Assembly: GCA_964510585.1 (NCBI GenBank)
Contig: CAZECW010000192.1
Location: forward strand, 1-5,834
DNA: 5,834 bases
Direction: 5' to 3'
Source of the DNA: an uncultured archaeon
GTDB lineage: Archaea > Asgardarchaeota > Jordiarchaeia > Jordiarchaeales > Jordiarchaeaceae
Part shown: piece by piece, positions 5,518 through 5,834 of the stretch
Position numbering within the stretch: position 1 is the stretch's first letter
How the letters are laid out: each line of letters starts with the position of its first letter
Made by a program: the position numbers and the translations under genes
The notes under the pieces: model-generated
Told to the model about the DNA's origin: nothing
The model's database searches: none
Seen by the model: the letters and a program-made list of their open reading frames with translations, nothing else

Positions 5518-5834
5518 CGCTCTTAAATAAGATTTTTGTGGCTGGGGCTTTCCAGTTTTTCTTATGAAAGTTTTAGACATTCTTTCAAGCGAGGAGAACT
5601 GCTCCAAACTCTTCAGGGAGATCCGATGGAGAGACGGCCTACACTGCCCCAGATGCGGTTCAACACGCTTAAAGGGGCATGGAAACTACGGGCAGGGACT
5701 CAAACGCTACAAGTGCAAAACATGTGGAAGAACATTCAACGACAAGACTGGAACCCTATTCCAGTATTCCCGGCTGAGTCTGAGGGAGTGGTTTATGCTC
5801 ATCCTCCTCCTTTTAGCCCTGCACAACCCCATTC
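5518..5834 (+). mobile_element. IS1595-family insertion sequence, ISH4-like group, left part (runs off the window)
   Basis: The element begins with CGCTCTT at 5518..5524, which I recall as the terminal signature of the ISH4 group of IS1595. The transposase ATG follows 46 nt after the element start. The right end is not in the window. Confidence 0.8.
5564..5834 (+). CDS. IS1595-family transposase, N-terminal zinc-ribbon part (partial, 90 codons; missing from the ORF track)
   Basis: The translation is MKVLDILSSEENCSKLFREIRWRDGLHCPRCGSTRLKGHGNYGQGLKRYKCKTCGRTFNDKTGTLFQYSRLSLREWFMLILLLLALHNPI. RWxDG-CPxC...CxxC-RTFNDKTGTxF is the IS1595 zinc-ribbon signature. An in-frame TAA at 5528..5530 fixes the start at ATG 5564. 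Confidence 0.92.
   Translation, partial: MKVLDILSSEENCSKLFREIRWRDGLHCPRCGSTRLKGHGNYGQGLKRYKCKTCGRTFNDKTGTLFQYSRLSLREWFMLILLLLALHNPI

Noticed and set aside
5497-5518. 7-bp direct repeat CACCTAC just left of the IS end
   Set aside because: It is too short, and the second copy overlaps the first IS base. It cannot be a target duplication of this element without the right end.

Overview
This is an AT-rich window of probable archaeal origin: genes carry GGTGA-type ribosome-binding sites, and there is an ISH4-like IS1595 element and a Hef/FANCM-like helicase. From left to right it contains: (i) a sacsin-like GHKL/HATPase gene on the minus strand (80..793) that looks 3'-truncated at a junction near 130; (ii) about 1.1 kb of intergenic or decayed DNA; (iii) a Cas4/AddB-type Fe-S PD-(D/E)xK nuclease on the plus strand that is split by a frameshift, so the ORF track shows it as two pieces (1878..2231 and 2240..2845); (iv) a helical ORF (open frame 2832..3245) joined to the nuclease through a second one-base lesion; (v) an intact Hef/Mph1-like SF2 helicase (3461..5470) that lacks the ERCC4 nuclease but has a C-terminal HTH and an unrecognised domain; and (vi) the left end and transposase 5' part of an IS1595-family (ISH4-like) element from 5518 to the window end. 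No CRISPR array, cas1 or RNA gene is visible. The main candidate is a CRISPR-independent Cas4-like nuclease plus Hef-like helicase module next to a divergent sacsin-like ATPase in a mobile or defence-island-like context. All family calls come from motif recognition by eye, and function is inferred.
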